From: Mobula hypostoma
Lineage: Eukaryota
Direction: 5' to 3'
NCBI RefSeq assembly: GCF_963921235.1
Contig: NC_086102.1
Coordinates: 79,112,001 to 79,176,000, forward strand
Length of the DNA stretch: 64,000 nt
Numbering within the stretch: the stretch's first letter is position 1; every line of letters starts with the position of its first letter. The position numbers were made by a program, and so were the translations under genes. The notes beneath the pieces were generated by a model. The model saw only the letters and a program-made list of their open reading frames with translations, was not told the DNA's origin and did not search any database. Positions 50,057-60,884 of the stretch are shown here, piece by piece.

Positions 50057-51580
50057 CAGTGTCTTGTAAAAGTATTCAGCCCACAACCTATGGTCACATA
50101 AATGAGCATTACAACCAGGACTTTTGATCAATTTAACTGAGAATTTTTATTTGTGGATCACATGCTCCTTTTTTTCCCACAGTACGGCCCCAAAAACAGG
50201 GAAAATTGTGAAGTATGAAAACTAAAAATTCAATAACTGAAATGTCAGCAGTTCAAAAGTATTCATTCCCTTTTGCTCAGTATTTAGTTGAACAACCTCT
50301 CACAGCTATTACAACCAGTAGTCTGTTAAGATAAGTTCCTATTAGCTTTGCACAGTGTGAAGGAGCAAGATTTGCCTATTCTTCCTTACAGAATTGCTCA
50401 AATTATGCCAGGTTAGTCAGGGAGTAGCGGTGGGCAACAATCTTGAGGTCTTGTCAGAGATGTTCAGTCCGATTAAGGTCACAACTCTGACTGGGCCACT
50501 AAAGGACATCAATTTTCTTCATTTGAAGCCACTCCATGGTTGCTCTGGCAGTGTGCTTTGGGTCGTTGTCCTACTAAAAGATGAACTTCCTCCCCAGTTT
50601 AAGCTTTCTGGCAGAGGCTAGCAGGTTTTTGTTCAGGATCCCTTTGTATTTAGCAGCATTCACCTTCCCTTCAAACCTGACCAGATGCACAGCCCCTATA
50701 GCTTAATGCTACCTCCACTATACTTTACATGTACCACTTTGTGTTGAGGCTAATAAGTTCCACTTTAGTCTCATCAAAGCACAGAACCTTCATCCATATC
50801 TTTACAGTATCTTCTAAGTGACACTTTGCAAAGTCTTGATGGGCAAGGGTATGTTTTTTCTTCAGCCAGGGCTTCTTCCTTGTCACTCTTTCATAAATAC
50901 CCTTATTAGTGCAAGGCCATGGAGATTGTGCATTCATGAACTTCGCCTGCAGTTGCAACCACTGACTTCTGGAGCTCGCTCAGAACAACTGTTGGCCTGT
51001 CTTACAAGTACCAATCTTCTCCAGTGACTGAGTGTAGAGAGGCAGCCTGACTTAGGTAGGATGGCTGTAATTTCATATTTTTTCCACTTTTTCATGATGG
51101 ACTGCACTGAGCTCCAAGGTACGTTCATTGCCTTGGAGATTGTCTTGTACCCTTGTACCCCTGTACCCTTGTGCTTTTCTAGTATCATTTCCCTGACTTG
51201 TCTTGAATGCTGTTTTGTCTTTCATTTTGGTTTGGTCCGTTGAAGTTCTACCGTACTGTTGGACCTCACAGAGTGAAGGGGTATTTATTCTTATGAATTT
51301 CTTGAAAGCATGAGTTGGTAAGGTAATATACAGTATTGCACCTGAGGAAAGCTAGCGTAGTAATTACAAAGGGGATGAATACTTTTTCACCCTCACAATT
51401 TTGGTTTTCAATTTTTAGTAAACTGTTGATACATTTTGGAATTTTTCTTTTGATTTGACAAAGTCCACAATGTTTTGTAGATCAGCTTAAAAATCCTACT
51501 TCAATATATTTTAGATTTAGAAAATGAGACAGTAAAATGTGAAAGTAGTTGAGGGGGATGAATACTTTTGCACGGCACTG
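50057..51580 (-). mobile_element. Tc1-family DNA transposon, full length (1524 bp), inactive transposase, IR/DR-type ends
   Basis: TA-CAGTG..AAAAGTATTCA..CCC termini at both ends with TA TSD; inner repeats at ~50254-50275 and ~51367-51386; frameshifted transposase GYKTISKAMNVPWSSVQSIMKKWK, RKKPWL, DETKVEL. Confidence 0.93.
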
Positions 51581-51721
51581 TATTGTGATGTGGATTGGTA
51601 TATTGGTATGCCAACTAATCCTGAACTTAGACCTCAAGAAATGAAATGAATTTCTGCATGAATGTTGTTATGCTTAAAGGGCTGAACATCCATCGCCTGC
51701 TCCTATTTCCTCTCCTTGCAG

Positions 51722-51796
51722 GCAAGAAAAGGACCATTGACAGAGTTGGTAAACAAACCGAGCAGTCTTGGAGAAGAAAAAAGTTCTTCTGTTAAG
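51722..51796 (+). CDS. REPS2: REPS2 exon (phase 0 to 0): ARKGPLTELVNKPSSLGEEKSSSVK
   Basis: Strong pyrimidine tract with ttgcag acceptor and AAG|gttagt donor; 75 nt in frame. Confidence 0.78.
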
Positions 51797-53859
51797 GTTA
51801 GTTGGAATTGCTCCAGTTTGATTTTACCTTTTATTTGCCAGCTTTATTTGATGTCGACGAGGAAGTCTGTAATTTCCTTTGTTTCTGGTTAAGCTTCAGT
51901 GGAAGATATTTTATGGGTCATTTGCCTGGTTCATTCTGTATTTTGAGGCCATGATAAAGAGGTTCTGTTAACTGACAGAATGAGCCAACATGAAATTGAT
52001 CTTCAGTGACCCCCATCTTGAGGCTAGATATACTTGAATGTATTGGCATAGGTCTGTGCCTGGTTAATTATTTTCAAATTTGAGAAAGACTGAATGTTCT
52101 ACAGCAAATTGTATTCTGCTGTATTTTTGTTGCTGCTTTTTTTTGATTAATAATTTGTAAGCCTATGGTACAGTGATTGAGCGAAAACTTTTCTACCCCT
52201 GCCAACCAATAAAGCATATCCTGTGAATCAATAGCTAATCTGCAGTTCAGCATGGAGCAGACAGCTGCAGCCTCATAGAACAAAAGAGAGGGAATAGAGT
52301 GTTGCAGGCAGGTGCATAAGAAGGTAGTGACTGGTCAGGTGAATCTGTATGTATGAGCAGGGGGGTTGATTGGTGACAGGAGTGATGTGTGTGGACGAGA
52401 GAACTGCAAACTATGTGCTTGCACATACGGTAATGTTTATGCCACAGGTCTCCAGTCATCTTGGACCTCCTTCCCATTGGAGCAAGAGCTCACTCAGTGT
52501 ATGCCCCCCCCCCCTTATTAAGAGAAGTCAAAACTTCTTCACAAGTTGAAGTTCAGGATCAGGAATATCATGACCCACGTGGACATCCCTCACAATGCTC
52601 AATGCACCGGTCTTCGCAATCACTTCGGTAGCAGTCTGATTAAAATAATGGAACGGCTATTAGCAAGTCATTTCCTTGACTTTTTCCGTTGTATTCACAT
52701 GACTGAAGTGTTTAATGTCTGGTATTATTCTAATATAACCCTCTACCCCTAGAGTAGAGCCTTGACATTCATCCCAAAGTAAGGCACCAGCTGATGAACA
52801 AACTATATTTTATAAAGGCTTAATATAATGTCCTGATACTTGACCTTTAGTTAAATATCCTCCGTAATTTATTGCACCATCTCAAAAAAATTGTTTTCAT
52901 TCATCCTCAATTGTCACCATTCTTGAACACCCTTTGAAACTGGACCATTTATGTGTGGCCTCAACTTCACTAGCATTTTTCCTACCAAACTGCATTGTAT
53001 CAAACGTGTTGAAAATTCACCTGCGCTCTGTCTGCCTATTTTGCCATTCTGCAGACTATCACTATGTTTATGAAATTTTCAACTTCTGAAAACTGGTATT
53101 TTGCACCTGTGTACATAACATCAACTCTGCAACTCTCAAGAACCCTTTCTATTCTTGCACCAAAGACTTCCATAAAGAGAGTCAGATGTTATTTGGCTCT
53201 AACAGATCAATCCTACTTTCTTATTTTTTAGCCCACACAGTAACTACTGTTAATTAACCTTTTTCCAGAGTGATTTTCTGAGTTTCTGCACCAGTAATAC
53301 TTGGGCACTGACCCCTTGTATTGGGTGCAGATAATCTAGTTACTGACTTGTCAAACAATTGTGATAAGAATAGACTTCATCAGATTTCCCTCATCTTCAG
53401 CTTAATGAAAAGATGATGACAGTTCTGAAGTGTAGACACCACAGGACCTAGGGGAAAGAGACTGGGCAAGGAAAGATAATTTAGCTATAGAGGTATAAGG
53501 CACAGAAACAGCCACCAGCTACCGAGTCCATACAATCACCAAGCTCCCATTTACACCAATCCTACACAAATATTTTTTGTTCTTCATACCTTCCCAGTGT
53601 CCTCCCTCCCCCAGTTTTACCACACTCCCACACACTTGGGGCAGTTTACAGTGGCCATGCAACCTACCAACCCACACATCTTTGGGATGTAAGAGAATGC
53701 AAACGCAGACAACATCGGAGGTCAGGAATAAACTTGGATCAGTGGAGCTATGAGGAAACACAGAGCTCCAAGTTTGCCTATTCTCACAGTACAAGGGCTG
53801 AAGGAACTGACATCTTTTATAGACCTACAGATGCTATTCGCTTTCTTCAGCTTCTTTGT

Positions 53860-54470
53860 CTCCACTGCATCTGTTTCCAGATCATGGCCTTTCGCTCCAG
53901 GACATCAGAGATGTCCTCCTCCTTTAAGGAATGGGTTTTCCCTCCCTCCATTATTGATCCTGCCCTCACCCACATCTTCTCCATTTCCCAGTGGCCAAAC
54001 ATTTTATTTCCAGTTCTCAATCCCGTGCCAAGATGAGGCCACCCTCGGGGAGGAGGAACAACGTATTATATTCCAAATGGGTAGCTTCCAACCTTCAAGT
54101 AAACAAATTCTCCCCCTCCTTTCTCTGTCCCCCTACTCTGACCTTTTACCTTTTCTCACCTGCCTATTACTTCCCCCCTGGATAACCCTCCTCCTTCCAC
54201 TCTCCTCTCCTATCAGATTCCTCCTTCTCCAGCCCCTGACCTTTCCCACTTACCTGGCTTCACACGTCACCTTCTAGCTAGCCTCCTTCCCCTGCCCCCA
54301 CTTTTTTATTCTGGCATCTCCCCTCTTCCTTCTCAGTCCCGAAGAAGGGCCTTGGCCTGAAACGTCGACTACCTATTCACTTCCATTGATGCTGCCTGAC
54401 CTGCTGAGTTCCTCCAGCATTTTGAGAATGTTGCTTTGGATTTCCCGCATCTGCAGACTTTCTTGTGTTT
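53860..54470 (+). mobile_element. Penelope-like element fragment (internally deleted) with degenerate hammerhead at 54335-54370
   Basis: MSSSFKEWVFPPSIID, EEQRIIFQMGSFQP, and pLTR sequence; core reads CCGAAGA. Confidence 0.8.
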
Positions 54471-55451
54471 CTGAAGAAAATTGTTTCATTCACACCCTTA
54501 TTTGGATATTTAACGTTTCATCTGGTCTTGGGTTATTAAAGGTTACAAGGTTAGGGCCTTGCTGGAAAAGAATGGGAACTAAGAACTCCTCCCAAGGCTT
54601 GAGACAAATCACTATGTACGAGTGTATCATCTTTATCCTCTGAATACATCATTTGCACAAACATCACCCATCAAGTCCTGCTTTCAGCAGCTATTTCCCA
54701 ACCACCCACCCCTTCAATCCCATTCCTCCAGCACAAGCAAACGGAGCAGCAGATCTTTATCCCAGGGCCACAGGTGTCCCTTTAGGGTCAAGAGGTTCCA
54801 ACTCAAACCATCTGGACTAGTTGTGGTTAGTTGGTTACCTCAGGAAGATAAATGATTGGATGTGTACATGCTGTTCTAGTGTACATAGTATGTGGGAAAT
54901 CCTCTGAAAGACTGCATACCCACAGTGCATTTCATCAATCAGGAGCACCGGAAAGCAGTGGATAATTACGGAAGTACTTCTCCAGTGGCAGAAACACAGT
55001 TGCTCCTTGAGCATTGCAAGATTCCACAAACTATCAGGTCACATTGACAGGGAAGTTATTACGTGATGCTGGTTGAGAGTTAAATATTGCTTGTGGCATT
55101 ATGGAGAACTCCTGGGGTTTTAAACATTGAACCGAAAGGTAGACTGCAGCTTCAGTTTAATATCTCCAAAGCTTATATCAGCACTCCCTCACTGGCCAGT
55201 GACGTCTGCATAGTGTGTGGAGAAGGACTTCAACCACAACCTGTTGTCCCCGAGGCCTGAGTGGATCTGCTGTCACAGCTGAGAGATAGTAGGCTGAATG
55301 GGCCTCTTCCTGCTCCATATTTTCTTCTGTTCTCCCACGCGTGTCTTTTAATGTGGGGTGGGGTGGGCTTCAAAGAGAATAAAATAACGGACAAAGATTG
55401 TGATACGAGTATAAGCAACAAACAGCTTTATTCTTTTTCTTTCCAACAAAG

Positions 55452-55591
55452 GACACAACACATCGCCAACCTCCATTGAAACCTCTTCGCAGAAAGCTGC
55501 GACCGAGAGACCAGGGAGAGTGTCAGGAGCAGTTAACCCAAAGGATCACAGCTTCTGGACCAAATGCCAAACCGCACCAGCAGTCACAAAA
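55452..55591 (+). CDS. REPS2: REPS2 exon (phase 0 to 2): DTTHRQPPLKPLRRKLRPRDQGECQEQLTQRITASGPNAKPHQQSQ
   Basis: Matches REPS2 QPPSKPIRRKFRP..KPH; acceptor caacaaag; weak donor AA|gtactt gives the correct phase for the next exon. Confidence 0.9.
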
Positions 55592-56294
55592 GTACTTTCT
55601 GTGCTTCCTTTAAGCTGTGTTATTTCACAATTGTCCAGCAGTGTTAGTGCCTGAAACTTCTTATGAGTTTTAAACATCTACAAACCATTCCTTAAATATA
55701 GTCGTACTTCCAGTAACCAGAAAGTAACAGAGTTCCTATATATGATTGTATATCCCAGATTAGTGGACAGGGTGTTGCCAAATCTCATGTAATATAAGGT
55801 CAAAGGTCACCAAAACTAGTTTTAGGCGGCCCCAACCCAGCTGTGTCTGCATGCTGTGCATTGATAAGAAATCTCCTTTCAAGCTCAGTTTTATTAGCAT
55901 TGAAAGAGGAACGCAAAAAATAGACTCATTATTGACGAATGGTACAGGATAAATCTGCCATTCATTGGCTGATGCTGATTCTGACCTTTGCTTGACCTCA
56001 GATTAATATCAGCAGAGTGCACTAGCTGCTCTGTGAGTTAGATATTAATCCTTAGCTGCACAGTCATGGAAAAACAAAACCCTGGATCAGCAAGAAATGA
56101 ACAGTTCCAACTAAACAGTCATTTAATGCACAGAGGGAGGGGTGAAATGAGTCAATCCCATCATCTCTGAGGCTGGATTTGAGCTTTTAAAATCCCTGTC
56201 TTTAGAGTATGCTAGTGTTTGGATATGGCTCTGTCCTTTGGTGAAGATTATTAAATGCTCAACATTCATTCTGATATTTTAATATTTCTTACAG

Positions 56295-56400
56295 AATTTC
56301 ATCCAAGCAGAAAAAATCAATTCAGACAGCGATTCGTAAAAACAAGGAGGCTAACATGATCCTGGTCAGGTTAAATGGGGAATTGCAGCAACAATTCAAG
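56295..56400 (+). CDS. REPS2: REPS2 exon (phase 2 to 0), RALBP1-binding coiled coil: [36 protein letters not shown]
   Basis: Close match to REPS2 [34 protein letters not shown]; ttacag acceptor and AAG|gtaaga donor. Confidence 0.97.
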
Positions 56401-56779
56401 GTAAGACACCCAGACTGAGCCATGAAGAAAAACCAGAATTTGATTTTCCAAATGCACTGAAAATTTAATTTTCATAACTCACTTTGTCCCATCATTTTTA
56501 TGTCAATAATTGTATTTTGTGGCACAGATTAGTGTCACAGGGCTCACAGTAGCACAGGCGGTACAAGTGAATGTGGCTAGGCTAGGGTTTTCATTCTGGG
56601 AATACATGTTTAGTATCATTCTGGTCACAACATAACAAGAGATCCATGCAGTCTCGTGTTCCTTTTCCCCCATTCTGTAAGATCATGGCTGATCTTTAAA
56701 CGTCATGTGTAAAATTGCAGTTGAAACCTCTCGTGGTAAAATCTCAGATGGCAACGAGGAGGCTTACAAGAGTGAGATA

Positions 56780-57814
56780 CACTCAGTGGCCACTTTATTT
56801 GTTACAGTACTGTACAAAAGTCTTGAGAACAGATAATATAGCTAGGGTGCCTACGATTTTTGTAACAAATTTTATATGTTGCACTGTACAGCTGCAAAAC
56901 AAAACAAATTTCATGACACATATGAATGATGATAAACCTGATTCTGATACAGGTCTCTATTGTGGACTGAAAGTGAGAGGGAAGCGGACAGGGAGAGGGG
57001 AATCGTGGTTAGGAAAAGGGGGAGGGGAGCGGGAAGAACCAGAGTGACATTCTGTAATGATCAATAAACCAATTGTTTGAAATCAGATGATCTTTCCTGG
57101 TGTCTCAGGGCTGGGTGTGTCTGCACCCTTGCCACCCCCTGCCCTGGCACTCCTCCTCTGCCGCCTGTCCAACACCCCTTCTGCAGCGTTCCACCCTCAC
57201 CATTCCCAACATGCTTTGCTCCCACTATATTTACAAACCCGCTGTCTGCTCCACATTGACAAATACAGTACTGTGTAAAAGTCTTAGGTGTCCTAGCTTT
57301 ATATATGTGCCCAAGACTTTTGCACTGAGTATATGTTCTGCTGCGGTAACCCATCCAAGGTAACCCAAGGTTCAGTGTGTTGTGGAATAATCACTGTTGT
57401 AACACATGGTTACTTACAGTAAGTTACTGTCACCTTCCTGTCAGCTTGAACCAGTCTGGCCATTCCCATTGACCTGTCTCATCAAGGCATTTTCACCCAC
57501 ATAACTGATGCTCACTCAATTTTTTTTGTTTTTTTGCACCATTCGCCGTAAATTCTACAGACTGTTTTATGTGAAAGTCCCAGGAGAGCAGCAGATTTTG
57601 AGACACTCGAACCTCCCCGTCTGGCACCAACAATCATTCCATTGTCAAAGTTACATAGATCACATTTCTTCGCCATTCTGATGTTAGTCTGAGCAACAAC
57701 TGATCATTTTGAATAAGTCTGAATGCATTTATGCATTGAGTTATTGCCACGTAATTGGCTGATTAGAAATTTGCATTAACAAGCAGGTGTACAAAATAAA
57801 GTAGCCACTGAGTG
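56780..57814. mobile_element. Tc1-like non-autonomous transposon containing a nested composite element
   Basis: TA-CACTCAGTGGCCACTTTATT ... AATAAAGTAGCCACTGAGTG-TA. Confidence 0.85.
56805..57331. mobile_element. Composite MITE bounded by two ~65-bp hairpin units
   Basis: CAGTACTGT(A/G)(C/T)AAAAGTCTT hairpins at 56805-56866 and 57266-57331, enclosing a Rex/Babar tail. Confidence 0.7.
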
Positions 57815-57944
57815 TAGATTGGCTGGTTGAGTGGTGTTAGCAAGACCAAGGAATTAGTTGTGGACTTCAGGAAGGAGAAGTCGGAGAACACACACCAGTC
57901 CTCACTGAGGGATCAGCAGTGGAAAGGATGAACAGATTCCTGGG

Positions 57945-58900
57945 TGTCATCCCATCTACTTGTATATAGTCCCCTATTCTTTTTTGCATGTATCCATTTA
58001 AGTGTCTCTTAACTATTGTTATTGTACCTGTTTCTACCACCTTCTCCAGCAGAGAGTTCCAGGTATCTACCTCTCTCTATGTACAAAAAAACTTGTTGGA
58101 ACAATTTGATCTATACTGGGAAAAATGGTTTAACTACATAACACCTCATAGGCCTGATTTTGTTCTCACAAATCAATGAATATGTTGTTAAAAAAATATC
58201 ACTCCCTACTTGTACACAGTTTTCTCCTTTTGTTTGTCCTTTCTTTCCTCCCTTGTTTATAAGTGTATACCTCAGATAAATATTATGTGGAGATTTGTGG
58301 CATATATGACTATACGATATATATGTACAATATCTGAAATACATCTTATGGAAATATTTGTTTGATGATGAACATCAATAGAAAATAAATTACAAAAAAA
58401 CTTGCCACAAAAATCTCCTTTAAACTTTCCCCCTCTCACTTTAAACCTCTGCCCTCTGCTATTTGACATTTCCACAATGGGCAGGTGGTGGAGGGAGACT
58501 TTGACTAGATAAATGACACTTTTAATTCTGTATACTGAGACTATGAGCCCTAATTTGAGACTCCTAAGCCAAAGGAAACAGCCTACAAGATCTAGCCCTT
58601 CAGGTTCCCTGAGAGTCTTACTTATTTCTGTGAGATCACCTTCCTATTTCTTTTGTCTTATTCTGTTTATTCTGTGCTTTCAACATTTTTTTTCTTATCC
58701 CAGGAAATAATCTAGTAAATCTACACCACACATCTTCAGGGCAGTAACGTTTACTTCCTTGGAATAAGAGGCCAGTGCAGTAGATAATATTCCATGTGTG
58801 ATTTCACTAAGGTCTTTTATAATCGCAACGAGACTAACTTACCTTTGTACATCAATCTTCTTTTAATCTAGCTGAACATAACATTTTTCTTCCTAATTGT
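57945..58900 (-). mobile_element. CR1 3' fragment
   Basis: MEMSNSRGQRFKVRGGKFKGD on the minus strand. Confidence 0.7.
58096..58390 (+). mobile_element. 5'-truncated L1/Tx1-like insertion with perfect 14-bp TSD
   Basis: tacaaaaaaacttg at 58082-58095 and 58391-58404; ORF end EQFDLYWEKWFNYITPHRPDFVLTNQ*; AATAAA at 58384-58389. Confidence 0.8.
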
Positions 58901-59154
58901 TTGCTGTAATTCATTAACTTTTTCTCATTGAAGCCACTGACATTTTGTTAGCTTCTCCTCATGTTTGAATATGAAAACAGGCATCTTGCCATTTTCTTTA
59001 TTTATTGTCAGAGAGTTGGATATCCCCTTGATTCCTGCAGACAATTGAGACTTGATTTACTTTGATATCTTGAGCGCTTGAATTTTCTGCTGCTTTTTTC
59101 TGAAACAATAGCGAGCTGGCCACTCTAGAAGATCACAAGACACCATTGCCTGAG

Positions 59155-59500
59155 GAAGGCAGCCAGCCAGGCAGCATCTATGGAAAAGAGTAAACAGTCA
59201 ACATTTTGGGCTGAGGCCGTTCTTCAGGACTGGAAGGGAAGGGGGAAGGAGTCGGCCCAAGAAGGTGGGGGGAGGGGAAGATGAAATACAAGGTGGCAGG
59301 TGACAGGTGAAACTGGGAGCGGGAAAGAGGTGGAGTAAAGAGCTGAGACGTTGGTTGATGAAAGAGGTAAAGGGCTGGAGAAGGAGGAATCTGATAGGAA
59401 AGGACAGGGTTGACTGTTTACTCGTTTCCATAGATGCTGCCTCCAGCATTTTGAGTGTGTTGCTTTGGATTTCCAGCAACTGCAGATTTTTTCGTGTTTG
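59155..59500. mobile_element. Penelope-like inverted pseudo-LTR fragment with degenerate hammerhead (59196-59231, minus strand)
   Basis: A minus-strand pLTR and UTR followed by a plus-strand pLTR end; possible degenerate flanking duplication cacaaga(c/t)acca. Confidence 0.75.
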
Positions 59501-60661
59501 AGAACACAAGATACCAACTGACTGATTTCAACAAGGACACTTGCCGAGGTAACGCATCCGCTTTGCTTCAGGAAGAAGAAAATAAATCTATATAACAACG
59601 CCTAAGCAGACCATTCATGCTGAAACAAATCAATACAGGTTTCCACTCTTGATCACTGTGAAACCCACGCATTGTGGATTCCACATGAGGGCAGGATTGG
59701 ACTCTCCTCCTGTGCTTTCTGTGATTGAATCATACATTGGATGAAAAATAGCTGCTTAATAAGGTAATGCAGAGGCCTGATTCCTGTGGGAAGCCATCCA
59801 GCAAAATATAAACCCACACGCAGGAAAAAGAGAATGAAAGAAAACACTAAAATCCACATTAATCATAAAATAAATGGGATGAGTATATTACTTTTAAAAA
59901 AGAAAATAACTAGGAAGAGTTATATTACAGTAATCTGACTGAACTTTAAGAAGTGAAGTCTGAACCAGTGGTTACAGCTCCCTCTGCCACAATATTAACT
60001 CTCAGTCAGTTTAGGGGCTCTCTTGAGTACCCTATTACACATTGAGGCAAAGTTTTATGAAGAAAGTTAGACTTCTTATTCGCTCATTGGTCTCTGCTAT
60101 CTAACATGGACTGGTAACAAGGGTACCCCAAGATTCCCCTATACTCTTGGTGTGAAGGGAAAATGGTTTGCCCTTTGCTTTCTCTGTTGCTTTTCAATAT
60201 TCTCTGTTATAGCCCAAACACTAAGGCTTGCAATGACAACATAATTAGCTTCATCAAAACCTGGTTTCCTAGTTGGCATGCTAAAAGGGGAATTACTTGT
60301 ACTGCTCAGCCCCATTAATCAATATTTCCATTAACAAGGAAAAAGTACTTAAATGGACAATAAATATAAAATGAATTAGCATTTTGGAGTTAACAATGTT
60401 AACTTCTAACAAAGTGACCCAAATGGATGGAAACTGCTGTGATGCGTTTGTACTGATTGTGACCTCTGATTTATCAGATTCAAATTTATTTATCACATCA
60501 CAATTGTGTTGTTTCCGTTAGCAGCCAACACACTCAAGGATGTGCAGGGGGCAACCAGCAAGTGTCATCACACATTCCAGTGGCAACATAGCATGCCCAC
60601 AGCGGTCAGCTGAACAACACAAGCAGCAGCAACAGTAAAACAAGTCCTTTCCCACCAGGCC

Positions 60662-60695
60662 CACACGCACGCACACGTGCGCGTGCATGCATAGA

Positions 60696-60738
<43 letters not shown>

Positions 60739-60843
60739 GCATAGAGAGACAGACACACATGTACAGAAACACACACATGCACAGAGACATACACATACAC
60801 ACCCATGCAGAGACACATACACACACATACGCATGCGCACAGA

Positions 60844-60882
<39 letters not shown>
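60662..60882. repeat. Compound (CA)n microsatellite
   Basis: Two pure CA tracts linked by degenerate RY repeats. Confidence 0.97.
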
Positions 60883-60884
<2 letters not shown>

